This document shows positions 55,761 through 64,000 of a DNA stretch of 64,000 nt, in pieces. The position numbers and the translations under genes are program-made. Positions within the stretch are counted from its first letter, which is position 1. Every line of letters begins with the position of its first letter. Source of the DNA: a virus (Duplodnaviria > Caudoviricetes). The stretch lies in IMG/VR virus record IMGVR_UViG_3300042446_001529, positions 1 to 64,000 of that record; one strand, written 5' to 3'. The notes below the pieces were generated by a model. It ran no database searches and was not told the DNA's origin. It saw only the letters and a program-made list of their open reading frames with translations.

Positions 55761-56428
55761 ATAAAATAAATTTTACATACAACAACATACGTGAAGAATT
55801 AAAACAATGTTTCTTAGAAAAACCATTTAGTTGTACTTATGGGTGGATTATTAATTGGATTAATTTAGAAATTTCTAAATTGCCGCAAGGATCTTTGATT
55901 TTAGAAATGGGTACGTTTGTTGGAGGATCTACTTGTTTATTAGCGAAAGATAATCAACACGTGATTATACATACAATTGATTTAAATAAATTCGAAGAAA
56001 ATAACCATATGTTAGAATCAATGAGGAGTTCACATAATCTACCTCTACTAACATCCTTAGATTTATTAGAAATTCAAAAAATGCATATTGAAGATTTTCC
56101 AAATATTATACCTCATACAGGAGATAGTAAATCTTTAGATCTTAAAGATCTTTCAGTGGTGTTTATTGATGCTGGACACAGTGAAGATGAGGTTACTGCA
56201 GATTTAAACTATGCATGGGATCGATTATTAGACGGCGGCTGCATATTTGGCGACGATATTAATTCTCCTATGGTTTATAATGCTTTTACAAAATTTGCAA
56301 GAACAAAAGATGTAGAATTAACCTTATACAGTAAATGTGCTAGGATTCGAAAAACTGATAAAATAAGTCCAGATATTAGATTTTTTGATTTTGAACTTTC
56401 TAGTGATATATTAATTGCAAAATTTTAA
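55757..56428 (+). CDS. Class I SAM-dependent methyltransferase (Methyltransf_24-like)
   Basis: LEMGTFVGGST, FIDAGHS, L..GG.IFGDD. Confidence 0.8.
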   Translation: MNKINFTYNNIREELKQCFLEKPFSCTYGWIINWINLEISKLPQGSLILEMGTFVGGSTCLLAKDNQHVIIHTIDLNKFEENNHMLESMRSSHNLPLLTSLDLLEIQKMHIEDFPNIIPHTGDSKSLDLKDLSVVFIDAGHSEDEVTADLNYAWDRLLDGGCIFGDDINSPMVYNAFTKFARTKDVELTLYSKCARIRKTDKISPDIRFFDFELSSDILIAKF

Positions 56429-58470
56429 TGAAAAAAAATATTCCAATAGTCAAAGCAACACTACACAAACCTGTAGATTTAGATGATAAACATTTAAAAA
56501 TAATGGAAGCTATACTTCCTTATGCTAGATCTACACCTCAGAAAAATCTCACAGAAGTAGTTATTAATAATGTTACTAGAAAATCTAAAGTAAGATTTTT
56601 CTTATTGCCTGAATGGGCCATTAATTTTCCACCTTACAATCTAGCAAGATTGATATCGGTTGCCAAAGAAGCAGGATACAGTGCTGACGGAGTTGATTTA
56701 AACATCAAAGCATACAAAGATAAATCTAATTGGGATATCGACTTTAATCCTTGGCACGGCAGCAAAGAGTGGAGATGGATGGGAGAGTCATATCATCAGC
56801 ACCTGCACAAATATATGCAGCCATTGATGGAAAAATATATAAAACAAATTGAAACAGACAGGGTGGATATTGTTGGATTCAGTTTATATTACTGCAATCA
56901 AGAACCAACGGATTGGATGGCATCTGAAATTAAACGAAGATATCCGCATGTTAAAATTATGGTAGGCGGCCCGCAGTGCCACGCATTTCCTCCTGGACCA
57001 GATAAACCGTATTATGATTATGTTGTATCTGGAGAAGGCGAAGAAATGCTGCTTAAAGTTTTAGATGAAATAGAGACAGATAACGCATCGTCTTTACAGG
57101 TAACTATAGCACAACAAGAAGGACAGAGATTAGATCTAGATCGATTACCTTGGGCAGATTACAGTCATTTTGAGTTGTCAGAATATCAAATGCCCAACGG
57201 AGTTAACGCTGAATTTAGTAGAGGATGTACTGCCAAGTGTGTGTTTTGCAGTGAAACACATTTTTGGAAATACAGAGGACGATCGGCTAAAAACACCTTA
57301 AATGAAATTGTTCATTTGTACAACAACTACGGAATAGATTTTGTTTGGTTCCTTGACAGCCTAGTGAATGGTAACATAAATGAATTAAGAGCATTTTGTA
57401 AAGGAGTCATTGCCAGCGGAATTAAAATTAATTGGACTGGATATGCTCGTTGTAATGAAAAGATGGACTTTAAATATTATCAAGACCTTGCAGGATCTGG
57501 ATGTAAGATGTTGAGTTACGGAATAGAATCTGGGTCTAACAAAGTTCTTAAAGACATGGATAAACGTGTTACTGTTGATGAAATAGAACAAAACCTGTAT
57601 CACGGGTCATTGGTCGGAGTAGAAGCTCATACTAATTGGATCATAGGATTTCCTACAGAAGAGATGCAACACTTTTACGAGTCTTTGAATCTAATATGGC
57701 GTAATCGTTCTTACATAGAAGTAATTGCGTGTGGACACGGATTCACAGAGCCGCCCGATACAATTTTATCTCAAAACTCTGAAAAATACGGAATGATAAA
57801 AGCCTATTATATGAATAATTGGATCACACATGATTTTAGAAATTCAAAAGTTCATCGAGCAATAAGATTAGTTACATTTAATATCTTTTTAGAACATACT
57901 CCAAAAGCTGGATTGGTTAATAAACTAACAGGCGGTAATTTTGCTAATTTTAGCACAGACAAATATCACAAAATTAAATTTCACAAGAATAGGGTATTAA
58001 ACTCTATAGAATATGAAAATTTTGATTTTAATATAATTAACCCTAATATTAATCCGTTGGCCGATAGCGTAGTAAATGAAATATGGCCTTTGTTACGATT
58101 GCTATGGAGAGCACGTGGAGGATACGAAATTGACGTAGCAATTACTCCAGACGATATTAATAACGAGTTTGGAACTAGACTAGGGTGTAATTTAACAGCC
58201 ATTTACAATTTTAAAATAACAGCCTCAGGAGAATGGTTGGCCGATTTTAAATTTAATTTTAAACAAGATACCGATGCTTGGAAATATCAGGATTATTCTA
58301 GAGAAACTTCTATGTCGGCTAAACGTGCTAGAACATTAGCAGTGCCAGGGAGTAATGGTGAAAGTGATTGGACTACAGCAAAGTATGACGTGCATTTAAA
58401 ACTAATTGAAGAATTAAAAGACACAGATTTCAGTTTTAATTACCACTACCAAGATTCTGGTAAATGGTAA
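56428..58470 (+). CDS. Cobalamin-binding radical SAM enzyme (class B methyltransferase-like)
   Basis: B12-domain motifs PP..LA.L, VGFS, VGGP, GEGE; SRGCTAKCVFC; GIESGS; IIGFPTE. Confidence 0.9.
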   Translation: MKKNIPIVKATLHKPVDLDDKHLKIMEAILPYARSTPQKNLTEVVINNVTRKSKVRFFLLPEWAINFPPYNLARLISVAKEAGYSADGVDLNIKAYKDKSNWDIDFNPWHGSKEWRWMGESYHQHLHKYMQPLMEKYIKQIETDRVDIVGFSLYYCNQEPTDWMASEIKRRYPHVKIMVGGPQCHAFPPGPDKPYYDYVVSGEGEEMLLKVLDEIETDNASSLQVTIAQQEGQRLDLDRLPWADYSHFELSEYQMPNGVNAEFSRGCTAKCVFCSETHFWKYRGRSAKNTLNEIVHLYNNYGIDFVWFLDSLVNGNINELRAFCKGVIASGIKINWTGYARCNEKMDFKYYQDLAGSGCKMLSYGIESGSNKVLKDMDKRVTVDEIEQNLYHGSLVGVEAHTNWIIGFPTEEMQHFYESLNLIWRNRSYIEVIACGHGFTEPPDTILSQNSEKYGMIKAYYMNNWITHDFRNSKVHRAIRLVTFNIFLEHTPKAGLVNKLTGGNFANFSTDKYHKIKFHKNRVLNSIEYENFDFNIINPNINPLADSVVNEIWPLLRLLWRARGGYEIDVAITPDDINNEFGTRLGCNLTAIYNFKITASGEWLADFKFNFKQDTDAWKYQDYSRETSMSAKRARTLAVPGSNGESDWTTAKYDVHLKLIEELKDTDFSFNYHYQDSGKW

Positions 58471-58776
58471 TTAAAATAGTTTGTTTGTTTCGCTAGCAAT
58501 ATCGTTTTTCAAACGAGATATATCAACTTTAAAATCGATCTTTTTGATTTCATCCTTGTATTCTTGGAGTGTGTTAAGCAATACGTCAGCAATGCTTTCG
58601 GAAGTTTGTTTGGTCAATTCGCTTTTCACATCGATTTCCCATACTCTGCCATCTATAAAATCCAGTCGTACTGAATCCAGATACGCCACAGGCATGGTAT
58701 TCATATAAAGATCTTCAAAAACCTCCGGCCATTCTTTCACAAGATGGCGTGGAGGTTTGAACAAAGGATTAGGCAT
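58471..58776 (-). CDS. Hypothetical protein
   Basis: Likely start MPNPLF at 58776, overlapping the upstream stop; EWPEVF motif. Confidence 0.65.
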   Translation of the reverse strand: MPNPLFKPPRHLVKEWPEVFEDLYMNTMPVAYLDSVRLDFIDGRVWEIDVKSELTKQTSESIADVLLNTLQEYKDEIKKIDFKVDISRLKNDIASETNKLF

Positions 58777-59410
58777 CAGCAGTTTCTTCTGCCTTTTTAA
58801 CCTTCTTGACTGTGGGATCAAGATCTTCTGCTTCTTTACGTAATCTTGCTGCTTCTTTATACATGGCATCAGCTTGACTGCGATAGCTCTTGGCAATATC
58901 TTTATCAGATAATGCTTCGTTTGATGCAGCTTGAGCACGTAATGGTGCAGGAATGTCTGAATCTACTGCAGGAGCGATATCATTTACTGAAGCTACATCG
59001 GCTTTAGCGGACGGAGCACCTGCTACAAATGTGCATAGATCATCTACGGTGCAGTTCTTCTGTTCTGCTATCAGTGTGTTAAGATTAGCTAACAGCACAG
59101 TATCGTTGGTAGTAGGAGTCATCATCACAGCATCAGTGGCTACTTTTACTAGTCTGTTATCAGCCTGCATGGCCCGCAGCATAGGTCTGCCGTCTGGGAA
59201 TGGGCGTATGTGCATGATTTCGCCAAACTCAAATGCGTCCTGCGCTTGATCAGTTTCTATCAAAGTCATAATTGAATCATGATACTGATCTGGCAGTTGC
59301 GCTACCGGTAATACTAGAGCCATATTTGACTCTCCTGGCAGAGTTCTAAACACCACTATGACTTTAGCACCTGTGTTTTGAATTCTGCCTATGTGTTTTA
59401 AGCTTCTCAT
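58769..59410 (-). CDS. Hypothetical protein
   Basis: 213 aa; KHIG...VVFRTLPGE N-terminus, coiled-coil C-terminus. Confidence 0.7.
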   Translation of the reverse strand: MRSLKHIGRIQNTGAKVIVVFRTLPGESNMALVLPVAQLPDQYHDSIMTLIETDQAQDAFEFGEIMHIRPFPDGRPMLRAMQADNRLVKVATDAVMMTPTTNDTVLLANLNTLIAEQKNCTVDDLCTFVAGAPSAKADVASVNDIAPAVDSDIPAPLRAQAASNEALSDKDIAKSYRSQADAMYKEAARLRKEAEDLDPTVKKVKKAEETADA

Positions 59411-59650
59411 TTAGGCTTCCTTTTTAGATACAGCTTCAAGGAAGGCATTTAGTTTGTTGAAACTTTTACCAACTGCTTCCAATTCTGCTGCTTTGAACGC
59501 TCCTCTACTTGTTGCAACTTCGATGATATTTTTTACGGCTAACAGATCGCTGATATTTAAATCAGGACCTTGTGCTGCAGGTGCTTCTGTTGCCGCAGGC
59601 GCTGCTTGGGCTGGTGTCTCTACGACTTGATCTTTAACTTCTTCTGACAT
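59411..59650 (-). CDS. Hypothetical protein
   Basis: AAGGAG Shine-Dalgarno before ATG 59650; LNISDL...II..A..RGAF.A.E...VG..NKL motif. Confidence 0.7.
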   Translation of the reverse strand: MSEEVKDQVVETPAQAAPAATEAPAAQGPDLNISDLLAVKNIIEVATSRGAFKAAELEAVGKSFNKLNAFLEAVSKKEA

Positions 59651-59919
59651 TAGTTTCTCCTTAGATGTGGGCATGCAAGCATGAAATAGGTTAATTCTTT
59701 TTGATCTTCAAAACCTACGAAATGCGAAGATCTTAAATTTCCACTCTGGTCTAGAGCAGGTTTTTTGCAGATATAATATCTGCCCTTGAGTTTGACTTTG
59801 ATCCAATCTTCGATGCCTTCAAATATTTCAGATTCTGAAATATTCAATTCAGTGAAATGTGGGGCCACAGTCTTCAGCTTGCGCTGTTGCAGTACGTCCA
59901 TTGGATTAAGGTCAAACAT
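59650..59919 (-). CDS. Hypothetical protein
   Basis: 89 aa; TATAAATA 8 nt upstream. Confidence 0.65.
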   Translation of the reverse strand: MFDLNPMDVLQQRKLKTVAPHFTELNISESEIFEGIEDWIKVKLKGRYYICKKPALDQSGNLRSSHFVGFEDQKELTYFMLACPHLRRN

Positions 59920-59927
59920 AGTGAAAA

Positions 59928-59935
59928 TATTTATA
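59928..59935 (-). promoter_or_regulatory. Late promoter (TATAAATA)
   Basis: Exact consensus in a 24-nt intergenic gap. Confidence 0.7.
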
Positions 59936-59943
59936 CAGGGGGA

Positions 59944-60342
59944 TTATTCGGGGGTGGATTCTTGGCTAAGTCTTTTGCTCATGGCTCTATTGTGCCCTAG
60001 CTTTCTAACATCACCACTGAGTAGATATAGTTCAAAAGCAGCTTTTTCCTTCATTACTATGATGTGTTTTTTATTGACGAAGAAAGGTGAATCGATATAG
60101 TTGTCTAACCAAAGCAGTACCTGTGGAGTAAATGCAAATTCTTTGGGGAATTCTATCTTGTAGGTTTTAATTTTGGCATGTTTCTCAATGAATTCGAGAG
60201 CCTGTTCGGTTAGTCTTAAACCGCCTTGATCTTTTTTTCGAAAACTCCACCACCATACAGCTTTGTAGTCTTTGATGTTTTTTTCATTAACGGGTAATTC
60301 TGCTGCCTGCAAGAACGCCTTAGTGTAGGCATCTTTGTTCAT
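59944..60342 (-). CDS. Hypothetical protein
   Basis: Likely start MNKDAY at 60342; WWW..R....GGLRLT motif. Confidence 0.65.
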   Translation of the reverse strand: MNKDAYTKAFLQAAELPVNEKNIKDYKAVWWWSFRKKDQGGLRLTEQALEFIEKHAKIKTYKIEFPKEFAFTPQVLLWLDNYIDSPFFVNKKHIIVMKEKAAFELYLLSGDVRKLGHNRAMSKRLSQESTPE

Positions 60343-60343
60343 G

Positions 60344-60628
60344 TCATTTAATCTCTTCACCTGCAGTGAGTTTATATACAGCAAAGTCTTTGGTCTTGAA
60401 TAATCGATTTAATTTTTTTGCCAAATTATGTGCGTGACCTGGATTTGAAAAAGAAACTTTTTTATATTTGGGTCCAGGATAACTAGCAATTAAACTACCG
60501 CTCTTGAGATTGAAAGGCTGGCCGTTGTAGAACACAGCCCAGATAGCTTCTGAATCGAGAATTTGCTCAACCTTGTAGGTTTCTTTGTTAGCATATTCTA
60601 AAAGAATTTTAGGTTTGGGTCTACTCAT
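60344..60628 (-). CDS. Hypothetical protein
   Basis: 94 aa basic protein; PGPKYKKVSFSNPGHA. Confidence 0.7.
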   Translation of the reverse strand: MSRPKPKILLEYANKETYKVEQILDSEAIWAVFYNGQPFNLKSGSLIASYPGPKYKKVSFSNPGHAHNLAKKLNRLFKTKDFAVYKLTAGEEIK

Positions 60629-60655
60629 ATACGTGTTCCTAATTAACCACGTATA

Positions 60656-60663
60656 TATTTATA
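60656..60663 (-). promoter_or_regulatory. Late promoter (TATAAATA)
   Basis: Exact consensus in the gap before 60628. Confidence 0.7.
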
Positions 60664-60668
60664 TCTTT

Positions 60669-60917
60669 TTAGAACTTGCCGCCGTCGAATTTTACGTCTA
60701 TTTGAGTGGTTGATTCTTTGATTGCTGCTAGCATTTGATGTATTTCGCCCACAGTCTTGCTTAGTTTAGCAGACATGAGTGCTAGTTCTGTGGTCAGATC
60801 ACGTGCTTCTTGTAAACTAATGCGTATTTCTTTTTGTTGACTGCGTTCAGCTACTTGAATTCTCTGCAACAGTTTCTGTATAGTGGGCAGTGTATCTGGT
60901 AGATTATTTTGCGACAT
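60669..60917 (-). CDS. Hypothetical protein
   Basis: 82 aa, helical, ends DGGKF. Confidence 0.6.
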   Translation of the reverse strand: MSQNNLPDTLPTIQKLLQRIQVAERSQQKEIRISLQEARDLTTELALMSAKLSKTVGEIHQMLAAIKESTTQIDVKFDGGKF

Positions 60918-61380
60918 TAGCCAACACCTGTTTCATTTCTAATTCTGTTTTGAACGGACCTTTATATGGATATCGTTCCAGCGTGATTTTTTTTGGACAA
61001 AAACTTTTGACCCATCCTTTGTCAAATTTTATACAGTAGTAACCTGCACAGTATAAACTCTTGGAATCGCTGCTCTTAGTGAATAGCGGCAGCTTCTTAC
61101 GAATATCAAACATGGCATTGTGAGGTTCGGCACTGGTGGCGTATCCATGAACCTCATTAGGTAGAGCTGTGTCGGCTTCCTTGACAATTTTTACTGTGAA
61201 AAACTTTTTACCAAACTGACGAGTTAGACTGTCTTTGGTTTCGTAAATTGTTACCCCTGTCTCATTGCTCATAAAAAATCTATTGTCGTCGTCTTTTCTT
61301 AGAGTGGCAATCTTTTCACCGTTCTCCTCTACGATCCAAAATTTATTTGCTATGATAGGTTTAGCATGTATGTCTGTCAT
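60904..61380 (-). CDS. Hypothetical protein
   Basis: 158 aa; SLYCAGYY, FCPK..TL.RY.YKGPF. Confidence 0.7.
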   Translation of the reverse strand: MTDIHAKPIIANKFWIVEENGEKIATLRKDDDNRFFMSNETGVTIYETKDSLTRQFGKKFFTVKIVKEADTALPNEVHGYATSAEPHNAMFDIRKKLPLFTKSSDSKSLYCAGYYCIKFDKGWVKSFCPKKITLERYPYKGPFKTELEMKQVLANVAK

Positions 61381-62363
61381 TGTGTATATCTCGCATTAAG
61401 TGGTTCTGCATAACTCTGTGCCTGATCAGCAATCTTTTTCAAATCCCATAGATTACAGAACTTGATTAATCTTATACCAACTTGACTCACGTTCTTTTGT
61501 TCAGCAGTGGCAGTGGCAATAGTGTTTACAATTATCTCTTTGATGTCGTCGGGTTGGTGACTTAGATCGATCAGTCGACGATTGCGTTCATAATCTTCTA
61601 ACACACGATGTTCTTCACCGTTGTGATCAGACCACCTCTGAAGCATGAGATTGTTCCACGCATATCCTTTGCTGTTACGATCTTCGAACGCTTCACTAAG
61701 ACCCACTTTTTTGCTTGTGCCTTTAGTACGCACACCTGGATACGCCGAGAAGACATTATCACTGGTATCACCACGCATGCATTTTTCAAACAACAACCAT
61801 TCTGGATTAGGTGCTGCTTTTGGCTCTTGTGTTTTTTTGTCAATGATGGGCTTGCCTTTGTCATCAAAAATTCCTTTGTCAGTGATAACATGTTCCATAA
61901 CACCATTGTATTGTGTGACATTGGGTGCAATCAATTGAACGAAGTCTGTGTCTGTGCTGATGATCACATGTTTGTCATTTGGATGTGTTTGTATCCAACC
62001 AGCAATTAAATCATCTGCTTCTAATTGTGAATTTTGTAAAACAGTGCAGTTAGTTTTTTCTGCGATAAAGTCTTTGAACGTGTCAAATGCTTCCCAGAAG
62101 ATTTTGTCTTCTTCTTGTTCTTTTTCTGTGTGTGCGGCACGAGCATCTGAACGATTACGCTTGTAAGGAGCATAGTAGTCCTTGCGCCACGATCTACCCT
62201 CTAAACAGAAGATAACATGACTACCTTCGAACTGCTGCCATGCTTTGCGAATACTGTTTAATGTGATGTGAAATGCCATGCCTAGTTTGATATCAGCGTC
62301 ACCGTTGATAACGTGACGAGCACGAAAGAATGTGTTTGCTGTATCAACTAAGATATAATTCAT
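61377..62363 (-). CDS. rnh: 5'-3' exonuclease / RNase H (T4 Rnh, FEN-like)
   Basis: LVD.AN, SWRK..Y..YK.NR, EADDLI, STDTDF.QL, GD.SDNV. Confidence 0.9.
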   Translation of the reverse strand: MNYILVDTANTFFRARHVINGDADIKLGMAFHITLNSIRKAWQQFEGSHVIFCLEGRSWRKDYYAPYKRNRSDARAAHTEKEQEEDKIFWEAFDTFKDFIAEKTNCTVLQNSQLEADDLIAGWIQTHPNDKHVIISTDTDFVQLIAPNVTQYNGVMEHVITDKGIFDDKGKPIIDKKTQEPKAAPNPEWLLFEKCMRGDTSDNVFSAYPGVRTKGTSKKVGLSEAFEDRNSKGYAWNNLMLQRWSDHNGEEHRVLEDYERNRRLIDLSHQPDDIKEIIVNTIATATAEQKNVSQVGIRLIKFCNLWDLKKIADQAQSYAEPLNARYTQ

Positions 62364-62803
62364 AGATTATCTTTCTTCACTGTTTTAATATCAATTACGC
62401 CTGTGTTTACAGGACCGCCGAAATCGCCATCGACTACTACATTGGCACACAGTTCACGGAACCAACGATCTATAATTTCTTCGTCTTTGTCTCCGTCCTC
62501 ACCATATCCCTCTTGCTTTAATTTTAACACAAAAAGGTCGTTCCAGTCAAGCTCAAAAAAGCCATTACGAACATTATCTTTGTTGACATGTGTTTCGATT
62601 ACGCCTACCCACGGTTCTTTTTTACGTGTTGCACGTTCTTTTGGAGATAATTTGGCCTGTGCCTCTGCTTCTGTAGCACGTTCGGCAGCTTCAGTGGCTG
62701 CTTTGGCTGTTTCAGAGGCTTGTGCTGCAATGCCTATTGATCGTTCTGCTTCTGCTCTGATCTTGTCAATACCAAATAATTTTTCAATCCATTTATTCAT
62801 CAT
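62360..62803 (-). CDS. Hypothetical protein
   Basis: EPWV.V, GFFELDWN..F, IIDRWF; exact start (62800-62812) uncertain. Confidence 0.65.
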   Translation of the reverse strand: MMNKWIEKLFGIDKIRAEAERSIGIAAQASETAKAATEAAERATEAEAQAKLSPKERATRKKEPWVGVIETHVNKDNVRNGFFELDWNDLFVLKLKQEGYGEDGDKDEEIIDRWFRELCANVVVDGDFGGPVNTGVIDIKTVKKDNL

Positions 62804-63654
62804 GTTCCCCACTCATTTTTAAATAGCGGCACTTGCAGTCTATCACTGTAACGTAGTCCCATCTTCATTGCTAATTCTGCCACCCGGCGATTATTTAGTG
62901 TATATACACTTTCAACTCCGCCCACAGGCATGAGATAACAATGTCCGGTAAATCCTTCTGCACGATATATATCTAAAGTTTCTAAGGCTTCTTCGGCATC
63001 TTCTTCTGTGGCTATTACAAATTTAAGATAGGTATAACCAGCTTCTTGATATTCACAAACAACGTCCGGCTTTATCGCTTCGTGTCTTTCCTCTCCGGAA
63101 CAGCTGAGCTTGGCACTGACTGAAAATGTAACTTCTCTAGAAGCGAATGGAGGATTCTGACCCCACTCTTGTAGGAATGTTTTAAATTCTGGAGTGAGTT
63201 TTTGAGTGCCGTTGGTTTCAAACGTAATTTCTTTAAGTTTGATCATACTAGGATGGTTAAGTAATTCTGGATAAGCACGTTGCCAACCCAACAAAGGCTC
63301 ACCGCCTGTAATAACTAGATGTTCAGCCTGCCACTGATTAAAAGGTAAGATTTCCATTATACGCTCAGCGATAGCATCACTAGTAAGCATAGGACTAAGA
63401 TCCTTAAACCTTGGATCCCAGCTTGCATAGCTATCACAGCCAGTACTGACAAGTGGTAGTTCTTCATATGTTTTAAATTTATCTACGATTTGTGCAATAG
63501 AATCAACTTCGGTACTTAGTTTATCTTTAGGCATACCAAAGCCCGCACATTTAAAGTTGCAGCCAAATGTGCGTAAGAAAACAGAAGGCACACCCATATA
63601 GCGTCCTTCACCCTGAATGCTGTAAAACAGCTCTGCAATTTTAATTTTACTCAT
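62800..63654 (-). CDS. queE: 7-carboxy-7-deazaguanine synthase (QueE-like radical SAM)
   Basis: ELFYSIQGEG...G.PSVFLR..GCN..C, CDS, VITGGEP, ETNGT, LKFV, RLQ. Confidence 0.85.
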   Translation of the reverse strand: MSKIKIAELFYSIQGEGRYMGVPSVFLRTFGCNFKCAGFGMPKDKLSTEVDSIAQIVDKFKTYEELPLVSTGCDSYASWDPRFKDLSPMLTSDAIAERIMEILPFNQWQAEHLVITGGEPLLGWQRAYPELLNHPSMIKLKEITFETNGTQKLTPEFKTFLQEWGQNPPFASREVTFSVSAKLSCSGEERHEAIKPDVVCEYQEAGYTYLKFVIATEEDAEEALETLDIYRAEGFTGHCYLMPVGGVESVYTLNNRRVAELAMKMGLRYSDRLQVPLFKNEWGT

Positions 63655-63659
63655 AGTTT

Positions 63660-63688
63660 ATTATACACTCTTTTTCTGTAATTGCCAA
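63660..63688 (-). promoter_or_regulatory. Sigma70-type promoter for queE
   Basis: TTGGCA (63688-63683), 17 nt, TATAAT (63665-63660); ATG 5 nt downstream. Confidence 0.65.
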
Positions 63689-63825
63689 GAGCCATTGCCC
63701 TGATCTATCCATTCTAATGTGTCGCCTTCGCCCCAACCTTGCAGATCCAACACTTCCTGTGGTATTGGCATAATGAGATCACCGGTATCAGGATCTTCTT
63801 CTAATACAACTGTCCAATTTTTCAA
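63661..63825 (-). CDS. AbrB/MazE-like small DNA-binding protein (54 aa, absent from the ORF track)
   Basis: AGGAG then TTG; MKNWTVVLEEDPDTGDLIMPIPQEVLDLQGWGEGDTLEWIDQGNGSWQLQKKSV. Confidence 0.65.
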   Translation of the reverse strand: MKNWTVVLEEDPDTGDLIMPIPQEVLDLQGWGEGDTLEWIDQGNGSWQLQKKSV

Positions 63826-63838
63826 TGTTAACTCCTGA

Positions 63839-64000
63839 TCAAATAGTATTGTCGTTCTTATTTTTCCAATCCAAATATCTACGTTTACGACATTCTTCTT
63901 TAACGTCAGTTGGAATATCTGGATGCCATTCTGCCATGCCGCAGTCGTAGACTCGATATTCTGGCATTTCTACTTGAGAAAGAAAGAGAATCCAAAGGAC
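63839..64000 (-). CDS. 3' end of a hypothetical protein (starts outside the window)
   Basis: Open frame VLWILFLSQVEMPEYRVYDCGMAEWHPDIPTDVKEECRKRR... to TGA at 63839. Confidence 0.55.
   Translation of the reverse strand, partial: VLWILFLSQVEMPEYRVYDCGMAEWHPDIPTDVKEECRKRRYLDWKNKNDNTI

Noticed and set aside
1-64000. Stop-codon reassignment
   Set aside because: Genes, including a 4605-aa ORF, are intact and tightly packed under the standard code.

Overview
The window is a 64-kb segment of a large T4-like (myovirus-type) dsDNA phage genome in the standard genetic code. Left to right it holds: the start of a probable tape-measure gene; a baseplate-hub/tail-chaperone pair joined by a likely -1 frameshift site; two probable head-packaged proteins; a ~450-nt densely structured non-coding element directly behind a short GIY-YIG nuclease; gp46/gp47 recombination nuclease and a gp55-like late sigma factor; a baseplate module (gp53, hub, gp5, gp25, gp6 and a 4605-aa wedge/adhesin); four paralogous fibre proteins; a ~17-kb island of glycosyltransferases, radical SAM enzymes, SGNH proteins and methyltransferases; and a minus-strand block of small genes, RNase H and QueE. 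The most striking unexplained signal is the structured minus-strand RNA candidate at about 2585-3040 paired with a stand-alone GIY-YIG domain. The frameshift site and the late-promoter-driven modification island come next. All family calls come from motif recognition by eye; no database search was run.
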